NCBI GenBank assembly: GCA_963667035.1
Contig: OY762964.1
Span: 1,632,001 to 1,696,000, forward strand
DNA from: Candidatus Cloacimonadales bacterium
Lineage (GTDB): Bacteria; Cloacimonadota; Cloacimonadia; Cloacimonadales; JAFGVF01
Direction of reading: 5' to 3'
DNA length: 64,000 nucleotides
Shown here: one piece after another, positions 35,321 through 46,461 of the stretch
Position numbering within the stretch: the first letter of the stretch is position 1
Layout of the letters: every line of letters starts with the position of its first letter
Translations under genes and position numbers: made by a program
The notes under the pieces: generated by a model
The model's database searches: none
The model's input: the letters and a program-made list of their open reading frames with translations, nothing else
What the model was told of the DNA's origin: nothing

Positions 35321-35695
35321 ATGATATATGGAATCGGTACTGATATTATTGAAATAGAAAGAATTGAAAAGAGCTTAACTAAGACTCCTACAATGAAAGA
35401 TAGACTGTTTCATCAAGCTGAGCAAGACTACTGTGAGGATAAAACTCGGAAGTATGAACACTATGCAGCTCGCTTTGCTGCAAAAGAAGCGTTTCTTAAA
35501 GCTTTGGGAACAGGACTTAGAGACGGTCTTGCCTTCCATGAAATTGTTGTGATGAATAATAAATTGGGAGCTCCTTCATTCAAGCTAATAGGTAAAAGTA
35601 AAGAGATAGTTGAAAGCCTGAATCTTGTCTCGATAAAGGTTTCTATGTCCCATGTTAAAGAAACTGCTATCGCCTTTGTAGTTATTGAAAGATAA
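35321..35695 (+). CDS. acpS: Holo-ACP synthase
   Basis: GIGTDIIEIERI, AARFAAKEAFLKALGTG, VSMSH. Confidence 0.95.
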   Translation: MIYGIGTDIIEIERIEKSLTKTPTMKDRLFHQAEQDYCEDKTRKYEHYAARFAAKEAFLKALGTGLRDGLAFHEIVVMNNKLGAPSFKLIGKSKEIVESLNLVSIKVSMSHVKETAIAFVVIER

Positions 35696-35774
35696 TCCTA
35701 CAAGTCTTCTACTTGACTTATGTAGTTACAGATTCGATTATGCTAGGAGAACAAGGTTCTTCTTATGTTTTCAA

Positions 35775-36350
35775 TTATCTTTTATCTTCATTCGGAGTGT
35801 AGTGAATATCACCACTATTATTGATAGAAGTATACTTATCAAGTAGTTTTTCCATCTCAATTCTTGGTGTAATATACTTTGGTCCACCCCAAAATCCTTT
35901 ATTAAGTATATCTAAGCGTTTTAAGAAATCCCAATCTTCTAATGAGGATTTACCTGCCTTAAAAAAATTAAGATTGTAAAGCATGTCATTTTGTACTCCG
36001 AGATTTTTTCTGTCTCCATTAGTTCTATAAAGCCTTATTTCTCCTAAAAGAGCTTTAAGGGAAACAGGGGAATACATATGAATCGAATAGCACACTTGTC
36101 TATAGAACGAATCATTTATAATCACATCAATGTCTTTCAATAGTTTATTGGTGACATTGGGAATTATGAAAGAGAAATATGTCTTAGAATTAGTAACAAA
36201 CCAGCATTTCCGCCTACATAAATATATCAGTCTAATATTCCAAGTTCCAAGTGGGTGATCTGTTGCCTCGTCAGAAGCTTTATCCAACTTAAAAGGCAGA
36301 GTCTTTTCTAACTTAGTGCTTAAATGAAATCGAGTAATCATGTTAATCAT
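35775..36350 (-). CDS. Hypothetical protein (DUF6933-like)
   Basis: LGTW...RRKCWFVTNSKTYFS pattern. Confidence 0.55.
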   Translation of the reverse strand: MINMITRFHLSTKLEKTLPFKLDKASDEATDHPLGTWNIRLIYLCRRKCWFVTNSKTYFSFIIPNVTNKLLKDIDVIINDSFYRQVCYSIHMYSPVSLKALLGEIRLYRTNGDRKNLGVQNDMLYNLNFFKAGKSSLEDWDFLKRLDILNKGFWGGPKYITPRIEMEKLLDKYTSINNSGDIHYTPNEDKR

Positions 36351-36391
36351 CCTTTAGAAGTAATATGAAATAGTATATACACTTTGTTAAA

Positions 36392-36853
36392 CTAGTGATT
36401 AGAAAATCCCAGTTGTCGCCAAGCTTCATAGAGCATTATTCCAACACTGTTTGCAAGATTAATGGATCTGATGTTATCAGTCATTGGGATCGTAATGTTC
36501 ATCTCTTTATGAGCAAACAGGATACCTTCAGGAATTCCGCGAGATTCGGGTCCGAATATCAAAGCATCCTCTGACTCAAACTTAACATCGGTATATAGTT
36601 TATCAGTTTTTGTTGTACAATAGAATATGTTTATATCAGGATACTTTGAGATGAAATCCTCATAGGAATCATGCATTATAAGAGTGAGTTTATCCCAATA
36701 ATCAAGTCCGGCTCTCTTTAAATGTTTATCACTTAAGATGAACCTCATTGGTTTTATAATATGAAGTTCTGCTCCGGATCCGACGCATAGTCTTCCTATG
36801 TTTCCGGTATTAGCAGGAATCTCAGGTTGATATAATACTATTTTAAATGGCAT
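36392..36853 (-). CDS. trmL: tRNA (cytidine34-2'-O) methyltransferase
   Basis: PEIPANTGNIGRLC, RAGLDYW, FGPESRG, RSINLANSV. Confidence 0.95.
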   Translation of the reverse strand: MPFKIVLYQPEIPANTGNIGRLCVGSGAELHIIKPMRFILSDKHLKRAGLDYWDKLTLIMHDSYEDFISKYPDINIFYCTTKTDKLYTDVKFESEDALIFGPESRGIPEGILFAHKEMNITIPMTDNIRSINLANSVGIMLYEAWRQLGFSNH

Positions 36854-37597
36854 TTATACTCCGAAAAGGAACCAGGCAACTACAAAGTCGAAGATAAGAA
36901 TTAGTATAGAAGAATAGACAACGGAAGAAGTAGTCATTTTACCGACTCCTTCTGCACCGCCTTCAGTTAAGCTACCGCAGAAACAGGCAACAGATGTTAT
37001 AATAAATCCGAATACTAATGACTTAATCAATCCACTCCATAAGTCGAACGGTTCAAAATAGTTTTGCATATTGCTAAAGAATGTATGAAAGTTTATTTTA
37101 TACTGATATATTGAAAACACATAAGCTGAAACTATACCAAGTAAGTTTGCTATTACAGTTAGGATAGGAACCATTATTAATCCTGCAACTATTCTTGGCA
37201 TATATAGATAGTCGTGAGGTTCCACAGCTAAAGCTTTTAAAGCATCAATCTGCTCCGTAACCTTCATTGTTCCTATTTCAGCAGTAAGAGAAGCTCCTAC
37301 TTTACCTGTTAAAACTAAGGCTGTTAAGACAGGGGCAAGCTCAGTCATTGTTGATTTCCCAACCATAACTCCTATGTAGTCCAAAGGAATAAATCCTTTT
37401 GTCTGATATATAGCTTGAAGAGCTGTAACTAGACCGGTAAAACCTGATGTAATAGCTATTAGGAGTAGTGAGTCTACACCTATTCTTTTCATTTGCTTTA
37501 TAATCTCGAAAAGACGTTTGGGTATATTGGGAAGAAACTTTAAACATTTTCCCGTGAATATCGCATATTGCCCAAGTCTTACTAGAAATGTTAACAT
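36854..37597 (-). CDS. MlaE-family ABC permease
   Basis: ELAPVLTALVLTGKVGASLTAEIGTMKVTEQIDAL, GGAEGVG. Confidence 0.9.
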   Translation of the reverse strand: MLTFLVRLGQYAIFTGKCLKFLPNIPKRLFEIIKQMKRIGVDSLLLIAITSGFTGLVTALQAIYQTKGFIPLDYIGVMVGKSTMTELAPVLTALVLTGKVGASLTAEIGTMKVTEQIDALKALAVEPHDYLYMPRIVAGLIMVPILTVIANLLGIVSAYVFSIYQYKINFHTFFSNMQNYFEPFDLWSGLIKSLVFGFIITSVACFCGSLTEGGAEGVGKMTTSSVVYSSILILIFDFVVAWFLFGV

Positions 37598-38932
37598 CTA
37601 TTGTTGTTCCAATGGCTTAAAGCAAGTGTATTCTCTTTCCCATCTGAGTTTTACCGCATTGGTAGCACCATGACGGTTCTTGCCGACAATAATCTCGGCA
37701 ACATTGGGTTCTTCAGATTCCTTGTTATAATAGTCATCACGATAAATAAACATAACCATATCGGCATCCTGTTCAATTGCTCCTGATTCCCTTAAATCCG
37801 AAAGCATAGGACGTTTGTCTGGTCGGGATTCCAAACCACGGTTTAGCTGTGAAAGTGCAATTACAGGTAACTCCAGCTCTTTTGCTAAAACTTTCATAGC
37901 ACGTGATATTTCTGAAATCTCCTGCTGTCTGTTGTCTCTATTATTGGATGATGACATCAATTGCAGATAGTCAATAACAACTAGATCAAGTCCACCAAGT
38001 TCTGCTTTCAATCTTCTTGTTTTAGCTCTAACATCAAGAGCAGTATTAGTACCCGTATCATCTATATAGATATCCTTAGTTGAGAACTCTTTAGCCACAT
38101 TAGTGATTCTGGTCATTTTCTGCTCGGTTAGCCCATATCCTTTAATCATTGATTCCATCTTGACTTCTGTCATAGAACTGAGCATTCTCATAACAACTTC
38201 ATCCGCTCCCATCTCCATTGTGAAGATTGCAACCTTCTTATTACTAAAGACTGAAGCATTCAAAGCTAGATTTAAAGCAAAAGCTGATTTACCCATAGCA
38301 GGTCTGGCAGCAACAACTATAAATTGACCGGGTCTGAAACCTCCGGTCACTCTATCAAGATCCGGGAATCCTGAAACAATAACATCTGTTTGAGTGTGCG
38401 ATGATTTCACTTCTTCAATATGTGTTAGGGTCGGATCAATAACATCCGCAATCGAAAGAAATATCTTTGAACCGGGTCTTTCTGCAACTTCAAAGATTAA
38501 CTGTTCTGCCTTATCCACTATTTCTTTTGAAGATAAATCAGAGCTTCTGGCTGTCTCAATGATGGTGTTACAGGATTCAATAAGCATCCTTAAAAGGGAT
38601 TGGTCTTCAACTATTTTGGCATGAAACTCAAAGTTGGCACTTGATAAAACAACATCAGATATTTCGTTAATGTATTCGGCACCACCTACTTTATCAAGAA
38701 TCTCTTTTCTCTTGAGACGATTGATTATGGTTATAGGATCGGCTTCAATGTTCTCTTCGTATAACTCAATCATGGTCTTATATATCATTCTATGAGCGGT
38801 ACGATAGAAGTATTCCGGTTTTAGCTCTGTTACACCTTGTGAAAGCGTTGCTTGATCTATCATCATTGCTGAGAGTACAGCTGCTTCTGCATTAATATCA
38901 TAAGGTAATTTTCTTTGTGAAATATCTGACAT
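37598..38932 (-). CDS. dnaB: Replicative DNA helicase
   Basis: AARPAMGKS, VIDYLQL, ALSQLNR, SDLRESGAIEQDAD; start at ATG 38932 (AGGAG RBS). Confidence 0.97.
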   Translation of the reverse strand: MSDISQRKLPYDINAEAAVLSAMMIDQATLSQGVTELKPEYFYRTAHRMIYKTMIELYEENIEADPITIINRLKRKEILDKVGGAEYINEISDVVLSSANFEFHAKIVEDQSLLRMLIESCNTIIETARSSDLSSKEIVDKAEQLIFEVAERPGSKIFLSIADVIDPTLTHIEEVKSSHTQTDVIVSGFPDLDRVTGGFRPGQFIVVAARPAMGKSAFALNLALNASVFSNKKVAIFTMEMGADEVVMRMLSSMTEVKMESMIKGYGLTEQKMTRITNVAKEFSTKDIYIDDTGTNTALDVRAKTRRLKAELGGLDLVVIDYLQLMSSSNNRDNRQQEISEISRAMKVLAKELELPVIALSQLNRGLESRPDKRPMLSDLRESGAIEQDADMVMFIYRDDYYNKESEEPNVAEIIVGKNRHGATNAVKLRWEREYTCFKPLEQQ

Positions 38933-39170
38933 ATTTGCTCCTGTATCGTTTAACAATTTCGATTAATTTTCTTTATCACGACTAAGGTCAAGCTTTTTCA
39001 AAAATAGTTTACTAAAGTTGTCCTTGTTTACAGATTATGACAAGAATAGTAATCATTACTAGGCGTTTTCTAATAAAAAGACTTGCTTTATACAAAAGAT
39101 TTAATTAGCATTTTTTTTGGAATATCTTTGGCATAGATATAATTTCGATATTTATTATGAGGAGTAGTAT

Positions 39171-42100
39171 ATGAAGTTGAGAATCTGTTTTATTACTATA
39201 ATGTTAGTGGTAGTGTCATTTGTGTTTGCTGTTAAAGGAGTATCGTTTGAATCAAATAATAATCAGGTCATAATCAACTATAATGCTAACTCCGAAGAAT
39301 CATTTCTTGTTCGTATTCCCAATACAGGTAAGGTAGAAGTTAACTGGAAAGTTGAATTTGAGAATGGTAGTATTGCATCAGGCATGGGAGATAGTCAGTT
39401 GTTTCTAATCAGTACACCAGCTATTTATAGAGATTTACGTGTCGTCTCTGTAAAGATTAACAAGAATGAGACGATAAAACAACTTACAATTGCTCTAAAT
39501 ATAGATAGAGATGTTCCGGGAACAAATGAAAAGATAAACTGTAAAACTGTCTCAAGATCTTTCAACGAGATATATGACAACACTGTTATTAATTACACTC
39601 CCGAGAGAAATCTAAGTAAAGACAGAATCCTGTATTTTTATCCCGAAGAAGTCGAAGAATATGTTACAGAGTTGGGTAACTGGAAGCTACGAACCGGTTT
39701 TGAAGTTGAGTACTATCCACTAACTGCAGAGACAAACACCACTGCTTGGATTTATAATGAGATTCTGCAAGCGTATAACACCTTCAATCCACCTTCATTT
39801 GTTGTGCTGTTTGGAGATGTTAATGGAAATTACCATCTTCCTACTCATTGGTATGATTATCCTACGGGAACAGCTGAAGGAGATCATCCTTATGCAACTC
39901 TAGAAGGTAATGATATAGTTGAAGATATAGCTATCGGTAGAGTCTCATTTAGTACAACAAGTGAGCTCTCTACAATTATTCATAAAATTAAACTCTATGA
40001 AGGAATGCAGAATGTTCCTTTAGGATGGCAAAACAGAGTTTTATTGGTAAGTGATACGGATGAATCGGGTATTTCAACTTACACGACTAATCAATACGTG
40101 AAAGAGATAATGTCTAATTACAATAATGATTTTGCATTTACCGAACTTGTAGGAACCAGTCCGAGCCCAAGTCTTATGACTTCCAATCTCAATGTCGGTG
40201 TATCATTTTTTAACTATAGAGGATTTCTTGGAATGAGTGGTTGGGATGCTTACGAAGCAAATACTTTACTTAATGGTCCCAGATTGCCTATTGTCACGAC
40301 TATAACTTGTGATACCGGAAGTTTTGGAATTGGACTAAGTAGAACAGAAGCTTTCTTAAGAGCCGGAACTCCACAACTTCCTGCAGGTGCCATAGCATCA
40401 ATAGGATGTTCAACAGCAGATACTCATACATGCTACAATAATCTGGTTGATGCGTCAATATACGAAGGCTTGTTTGTTCATGATATTAAGACAATAGGAG
40501 AAGCTCTTCTCTATGCTAAGAATCAGTTGTTTACTGTTTATGGTGCTTCACAACCGGAAGTCTTACCATATAATTACCAGATTTTCAACCTTATGGGTGA
40601 TCCATCTACAGTAGTTGTTAAAGGTAATCCTTCAATTTTTACAGTAGATACTTCTGGCTTTGACGGCACAGGTTCATTACCATGCTCTATAAACGGGTTA
40701 AACGGACAGGAATACTTCTATTCACTTTGGTCGGATACTAATGGGATGATTGCTTCAGGATTTTCTTCTGCAACCGATATCAACTTACCCATTGGTATTG
40801 ATTCTGAAAGCATCAAGCTACTGATTACCTCTGAGGGTTACAAGCCTGTAGAGCAGATTATAAATGTTAATAATGAAGTTGGTTTCGGTAATCCGGTTGT
40901 TAGTATTCAAACTCAAGGTATCAGTACTGAATTCATATATCCGAATACTGCATCTTCTGTAAATGTTACTTGTAACAGTAGAGGAGTTAATCCGGGAGTC
41001 TATCCTGTATCATATTATATCATAAATAGTGATGGAGAGACAATACGAACCAATGAAGCTCAGCTTGATGTAAATGCTGATAATACTTCCGGTTTAAATC
41101 AACCGATTATTATACCGGCAATTAACAAAAGGGATTTAAGTTCAGGATTGAAACTCAGACTTGTTATCAATGCAAATGATAGTACGGCTATTGAGGTTGA
41201 TTTACCTGCTTACTCCAGTGACTTGAAAGTAACTCACGAGTTCAGTTACACAAAAACAGAGGAAATGGTATTGGGTGAAACATCTGAACTTATGGTACGA
41301 CTGGAAAATGAAAGGCCAAACGACTATACGGTTGATTGGAGTAATACTTATATTGAAGGTGCTCCTTTGCTTTCTAACATAGATTTAAATGATGAAAGTG
41401 TGCTACAATACTATACTTTCCATTGTGATGCTGACCTGGATATTAACATACAACACTATATTCCCATTACAGTTAACTTATCAATGAACAATGGGATTAC
41501 TCTTTTTTGGATTGATTATATTGAGTTCAATGTGATATACGGTGGAAGCGATAATCCGTATAGAGATAATACTGGAAGATACTCGATATTCACTAACAGC
41601 ATGAGGAATACTCCCGAGTTAATGAGTAACAACTGGATTGAATTGAATCCTGAGTTAGGTGGTAATGGAGAGCTGACAGAGATAAGTGATGAAATTGAGG
41701 AAGATGATGATGTGATTACAAGAGACTTACCGTTTGAGTTTAACTGGTACAATCAAGCATTCAGTCAAGTCTCTATTTGTTCAAACGGATGGATATCAAT
41801 GGGAAGTACCGATCAGTTCATTGCAAGAAACTGGAGATTCCCGGGACCATTAGGTCCTTCGAATATGATTGCTCCATTTTGGGATGATTTGATTACTACT
41901 AACGGGGGAGTCTATACATATAATGATGTATCAAATGATAGATACATTGTCCAATGGGATTGTTACACGCTCTTTGATAATACCCCTGAGAAGTTTCAAT
42001 TGCATTTGTACGGAAGCGGAGAAATACTATTCATATATAATGATGTTACGGCCGTAGATGATAATTATGAATTCCAGCACGGTTCATACTTTACTACAGG

Positions 42101-43136
42101 ATTTGAAGGGAATGACTCCACATGCGGATTTGAATATGCCTTCGGAAATAACTATAAACCTGAGTATCAGATTATAGAAGACGGTATGAAAATACTAATT
42201 CAAGATTCAGATACTAGTTTTAGTAATGCGTTTCTTCCTATAGTGAATTACTCTTATTCATTGCATCCGAATGAAACTAAAGAGTTTATCTTCCCGATTT
42301 GTTCTCTGGTAGGAACAGTTAATGCTGATTTCGAGATAAGTAGTATTCAGAACTGGCTAACATTTAGCGATGAAACATCATTAGAGGTTAGTGAAGGTAG
42401 TAGAAGTGAGATAGGACTGACAATTAATACTAATGGATTAGCTGAAGGTAGTTACGTATCTTGGTTGTTGATTAGCTCATCTGATAAGAGTCTTAATGGT
42501 AGAGATATTCCTGTGTCTTTAGAAATCCGTGATTCTGCGACTCCTTCCCTTTACAGGATATCTTCATTTCCATATATTGATTACACTAATGATACTCAAA
42601 TTGGTCTGATGAACTACTCAGGCTTTATAAATATAGGTGATTATTTTGAGGGAACGGTAACATCATATTTGATAGAGGCTAATCCAATGCCTATTGTTCC
42701 ATTCTTGTTGATAGAAGAAGGTGTAATCAACTTTACTGAAGAAGTTAAATCGAATTATGAGTTAACTATTACAGCTAATTCCGGTGAAAATAACGTAAAT
42801 GGTATGTTACATATCAGGGCATTCGAGAATGTTGGAGATAGTGAGAATACTCAAACTATAGACAAGCTTAACTTAACTAATTATCCTAATCCGTTTAATC
42901 CTTCAACAACTATCAGCTTTACTTTGGATAAACAAGATAATGTTGAGTTATCCATATACAATCTGAAAGGCCAGAGAATAAGCACTTTAACAGATAGAAT
43001 TCTTACAGAAGGTAACCATACGGTAAACTGGAATGGTATTGATAAACAGAACAGGCAAGTAACATCAGGTGTTTACTTTGTCAGATTAAAAACAAGTAAT
43101 CTGGAAATGACTCGTAAAATAATTCTGATAAAGTAA
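39171..43136 (+). CDS. C25 (gingipain-like) peptidase with C-terminal FlgD/Ig-like sorting-type domain
   Basis: VVLFGD, DHPY..LEGND...IAIGR, TITCDTG, FNLMGDPS, NYPNPFNPSTTISF...SGVYFVRL. Confidence 0.88.
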   Translation: MKLRICFITIMLVVVSFVFAVKGVSFESNNNQVIINYNANSEESFLVRIPNTGKVEVNWKVEFENGSIASGMGDSQLFLISTPAIYRDLRVVSVKINKNETIKQLTIALNIDRDVPGTNEKINCKTVSRSFNEIYDNTVINYTPERNLSKDRILYFYPEEVEEYVTELGNWKLRTGFEVEYYPLTAETNTTAWIYNEILQAYNTFNPPSFVVLFGDVNGNYHLPTHWYDYPTGTAEGDHPYATLEGNDIVEDIAIGRVSFSTTSELSTIIHKIKLYEGMQNVPLGWQNRVLLVSDTDESGISTYTTNQYVKEIMSNYNNDFAFTELVGTSPSPSLMTSNLNVGVSFFNYRGFLGMSGWDAYEANTLLNGPRLPIVTTITCDTGSFGIGLSRTEAFLRAGTPQLPAGAIASIGCSTADTHTCYNNLVDASIYEGLFVHDIKTIGEALLYAKNQLFTVYGASQPEVLPYNYQIFNLMGDPSTVVVKGNPSIFTVDTSGFDGTGSLPCSINGLNGQEYFYSLWSDTNGMIASGFSSATDINLPIGIDSESIKLLITSEGYKPVEQIINVNNEVGFGNPVVSIQTQGISTEFIYPNTASSVNVTCNSRGVNPGVYPVSYYIINSDGETIRTNEAQLDVNADNTSGLNQPIIIPAINKRDLSSGLKLRLVINANDSTAIEVDLPAYSSDLKVTHEFSYTKTEEMVLGETSELMVRLENERPNDYTVDWSNTYIEGAPLLSNIDLNDESVLQYYTFHCDADLDINIQHYIPITVNLSMNNGITLFWIDYIEFNVIYGGSDNPYRDNTGRYSIFTNSMRNTPELMSNNWIELNPELGGNGELTEISDEIEEDDDVITRDLPFEFNWYNQAFSQVSICSNGWISMGSTDQFIARNWRFPGPLGPSNMIAPFWDDLITTNGGVYTYNDVSNDRYIVQWDCYTLFDNTPEKFQLHLYGSGEILFIYNDVTAVDDNYEFQHGSYFTTGFEGNDSTCGFEYAFGNNYKPEYQIIEDGMKILIQDSDTSFSNAFLPIVNYSYSLHPNETKEFIFPICSLVGTVNADFEISSIQNWLTFSDETSLEVSEGSRSEIGLTINTNGLAEGSYVSWLLISSSDKSLNGRDIPVSLEIRDSATPSLYRISSFPYIDYTNDTQIGLMNYSGFINIGDYFEGTVTSYLIEANPMPIVPFLLIEEGVINFTEEVKSNYELTITANSGENNVNGMLHIRAFENVGDSENTQTIDKLNLTNYPNPFNPSTTISFTLDKQDNVELSIYNLKGQRISTLTDRILTEGNHTVNWNGIDKQNRQVTSGVYFVRLKTSNLEMTRKIILIK

Positions 43137-43137
43137 A

Positions 43138-44574
43138 CTAAACTTCGGTTCTTTTCCAACCTCCTGCCAGATATACCGATAAACCAAGCAGTGAGATAAT
43201 GAGATTACTTATTACCATAGCCCAGAAAAGACTATCATAACTGTACGGTTTGACTATATTTGCAAGTGAATCAAACAGTCTTGGGAACAAGTTGTAGATT
43301 GCAGGAAAGTGTTCATATACCTTTCCTGCAAGAATATATGTTAAAGGTATTCTAAAAAGCCATAATCTGGAAACATTCAATATCATAGTAGGTTTTGTAT
43401 ATCCCGCACCATTAAATACTCCATTGAAAACAAAGACAAAGCTAAACAGGAATGTTGCCAATGAAGTTATCTTAAACATCCTTGCTCCATGCTTTATTAC
43501 TTCAGGGTCATTAATGAACATGCTGATTAAGCTTCCGCCAAAGAAGTAAATAATTGAGCATCCGATAGACATGATTATGACAATTGTAGCCAGAGCATGA
43601 GCCACTGTTTTCTCTGCTCTCTTTATCTTTCCAGCTCCCAAATTCTGTCCTACTATTGAGGACAGAGCATTGCTTAGTCCCATTGAAGGCATCATAAAGA
43701 ATCCGGTTAATCTGTTTCCAAGTGAGAAAACGCTTATGACAACAGTACCGTATGTGTTAACAAATCCTTGAAGAAGTAAAAATCCGATACTTGTAATGGA
43801 TTGGGCTATAGAGGCCGGGATACTAATGTTTATAATTGTTTTTAGCAGTCTCTTGTCAGGAATAAGGTCATGAAGTTTTGGTATAAGGATAGCAGCCTTC
43901 CTCTTAAGGAAATATATTGCTAGTAGAGCTCCTATTATCCTAGAGAATACTGTTGCCCAAGCAGCTCCTATTATACCAAAAGCCGGAATAGGTCCAAAAC
44001 CGAAAATAGCCAGTGGATCAAGTAGAATGTTACAACTAACCGATATCAGCGAGATGGTCATTGGTGTTATTGTATCACCTAATCCATGTGAGAAGCTTTG
44101 ATAACTCATGAATATAAACATGAAAGCCATGCCAATCATGACTGTGCTTATATAGCTTATAGCATCCTGCTGTATGTCAGGAGGCACTTTCATAAGTACA
44201 ACAATATCATCAATGAATATGAAAGCAGTTAGGAGGAATAGAACAGAGAAGAAAGACAGAATCAGAATGAACTGACCGGTTACTTTCTTGATTTTATCTA
44301 ACTCTCCTGCACCTTTATACCTTGAGACAAGGGCCGTGCCTGCTACCATGAACCCGAAACCGAATGCCATGATTGTGAAAACTATAGGATATGCTAGACC
44401 TACAACCGCAACTGCTTCCAAAGCCTTTTCTGACATTTTTCCTAACCAGAAAGCATCAGTGAGATTATAGACTGTTTGAATTAAATTAGCTAACATTATA
44501 GGTACAGCCAGTTTTAACAGATTTGATAATATTGGACCTTGAGTAAGGTCTTTTCCATGTTGATTCTTATTCAT
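43138..44574 (-). CDS. MATE-family efflux transporter
   Basis: QTVYNLTDAFWLG, GLGDTITPM, NILLDPL, GQNLGAG. Confidence 0.93.
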   Translation of the reverse strand: MNKNQHGKDLTQGPILSNLLKLAVPIMLANLIQTVYNLTDAFWLGKMSEKALEAVAVVGLAYPIVFTIMAFGFGFMVAGTALVSRYKGAGELDKIKKVTGQFILILSFFSVLFLLTAFIFIDDIVVLMKVPPDIQQDAISYISTVMIGMAFMFIFMSYQSFSHGLGDTITPMTISLISVSCNILLDPLAIFGFGPIPAFGIIGAAWATVFSRIIGALLAIYFLKRKAAILIPKLHDLIPDKRLLKTIINISIPASIAQSITSIGFLLLQGFVNTYGTVVISVFSLGNRLTGFFMMPSMGLSNALSSIVGQNLGAGKIKRAEKTVAHALATIVIIMSIGCSIIYFFGGSLISMFINDPEVIKHGARMFKITSLATFLFSFVFVFNGVFNGAGYTKPTMILNVSRLWLFRIPLTYILAGKVYEHFPAIYNLFPRLFDSLANIVKPYSYDSLFWAMVISNLIISLLGLSVYLAGGWKRTEV

Positions 44575-44814
44575 CGGTACATACGAAATGATACTTGCTA
44601 TCTTGACTACCTTTTTTTGATAAAAAAGTCGTATAAATAAAATTATGCTACTATCCCGACATCTTTAATATTTAATCTGTAACCTTCAAAGTGGAAATTG
44701 ATTGACTTAAATGAGTCAAAATAAATACTGACATTAAACGAAAGGAAAGGTTGTATAAAATTTAATGGTGATAAATATCAAACTTTTAATACTCAGTTCT
44801 AAAAGGTTTCATAA

Positions 44815-44853
44815 ATAAAGAGCATTTGTCTACAGACAGATGCTTTTTTTATT
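44815..44853 (+). terminator. Terminator-like hairpin just upstream of nadC
   Basis: AGCATTTGTCT-AC-AGACAGATGCT followed by T run. Confidence 0.55.
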
Positions 44854-44863
44854 GGAGAGAAAG

Positions 44864-45685
44864 ATGAATGTAAAAGAACTTGTTCAGAAAAGCTTAGATG
44901 AAGACATTTTTACAGGTGATATAAGTACTGATTACCTCGGACTTGGAGACAGCAAAGCTTCTGCTGTTTTTGTAGCAAAAAAGGCCGGTGTTATTGCAGG
45001 TCTTACTGTCGCTGAACTTGCTTTTAAATGTGTAGATAACAATACAGAGTTTACTCCCTCTGTTTCTGATGGAGATTACGTAGAAAAGGGTACAAATATA
45101 GCACGAATAGAAGGTCTTTCATCACCTCTTTTAAAAGCTGAACGAGTAGCATTAAACTTTATTCAAAGAATGAGTGGCATTGCAACTTTAACTTATGAAT
45201 TTGTTTCTGCTTTAAAAGGAACAGGATGTAAGCTGCTAGATACCAGAAAGACAACCCCTTTACTTAGAGAACTTCAAAAGTATTCGGTTAGAATGGGGGG
45301 AGGTTATAACCATCGTTTTGGTCTGTATGATATGATAATGCTTAAAGAGAATCATATCAGAGCTGCAGGTTCAATCACAAATGCAGTGAGACTTGTGAAA
45401 GAAAGAAATACTTCCTATAAGATTGAAGTGGAAGTAACAAATGGCATTGAACTTGAAGAAGCTTTCAATGCCGGTGTAGATAGAGTAATGCTTGATAATA
45501 TGACATTGGATGAGATGAGAAGTGCCGTCGATGAGTATAAGGGTCGGATAGAATTGGAGGCATCAGGAAATGTTACTCTGGAAACTGTTAGAGATATTGC
45601 TATGACAGGAGTCGATTTTATTTCAAGTGGAGCGTTAACTCATTCCTATTCTTCACTTGATATTAGTATGTTATTTAATGAATAA
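44864..45685 (+). CDS. nadC: Nicotinate-nucleotide diphosphorylase (carboxylating)
   Basis: DTRKTTP, NHRFGLYD, LKENH, EVEV, MLDN, EASGN; GGAG RBS before ATG 44864. Confidence 0.96.
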   Translation: MNVKELVQKSLDEDIFTGDISTDYLGLGDSKASAVFVAKKAGVIAGLTVAELAFKCVDNNTEFTPSVSDGDYVEKGTNIARIEGLSSPLLKAERVALNFIQRMSGIATLTYEFVSALKGTGCKLLDTRKTTPLLRELQKYSVRMGGGYNHRFGLYDMIMLKENHIRAAGSITNAVRLVKERNTSYKIEVEVTNGIELEEAFNAGVDRVMLDNMTLDEMRSAVDEYKGRIELEASGNVTLETVRDIAMTGVDFISSGALTHSYSSLDISMLFNE

Positions 45686-45701
45686 GATAAAGGGAGCAAT
45701 C

Positions 45702-46415
45702 ATGAAGAAGCAAATGCTTACATTAGCCAGAATGCAGACTTTTGATGACAGAATCGGAGATAAGTTAAAACAGAAAGAGGTTCTTCCGCAACAACTCAAA
45801 GAACTGGAACAACATGTTGAAGATGCTGAGCAAAAAGTTAAACTTGCCAAGGAAGTTCTTGATCAAGCTCAAGTTGAGCAGAAGAATAAAGAGAATGAGA
45901 TTCAAGCAAACAAAGATTTAATTGCAAAATATGCTGTTCAATTGAATTCCATAAAAACAAATAAAGAGTATAAAGCTCTCAATAAAGAGATAGAAGGTCT
46001 TAACTCCAAAAACGCTAAGCTTGAAGAAGAGATTCTTAAGCTTATGGATGACGTGACTGCTAAGAAGAACGAACTTAAAGAAAAGCAGAACGATAAGTCG
46101 GACGCTGAGAAAGAACTTCACTCTCAGGAAGAAGAGCTTAAAAAGCTTATTAAAGCTGTAGATAATGATATTGAAGAGCTTAAGAACGAAAGAAACAAAC
46201 TTGCAAAGACTCTTCCTACACCTTTAACCAGAAGATATATACTTCTTTTAAAGAATAAGAACAGAAAAGCGGTAGTCTATAATCAGAAAAACGCCTGTTC
46301 AGGTTGTGGATACAAGATTCGTCCACAAGTTCTTTTGGAACTTGAAGATGAGAAGAAACTCCACTATTGTGAGAATTGTTCAAGAATTCTCATGAATAAG
46401 CCTTCCGATTTATAG
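45702..46415 (+). CDS. Coiled-coil C4 zinc-ribbon protein (DUF164-like)
   Basis: Long coiled coil; CSGC...CENCSRIL. Confidence 0.88.
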   Translation: MKKQMLTLARMQTFDDRIGDKLKQKEVLPQQLKELEQHVEDAEQKVKLAKEVLDQAQVEQKNKENEIQANKDLIAKYAVQLNSIKTNKEYKALNKEIEGLNSKNAKLEEEILKLMDDVTAKKNELKEKQNDKSDAEKELHSQEEELKKLIKAVDNDIEELKNERNKLAKTLPTPLTRRYILLLKNKNRKAVVYNQKNACSGCGYKIRPQVLLELEDEKKLHYCENCSRILMNKPSDL

Positions 46416-46461
46416 ACAAGAAAATATTATTTTGTCAGCCCGAAGTGTTTCACTTCGGGCT

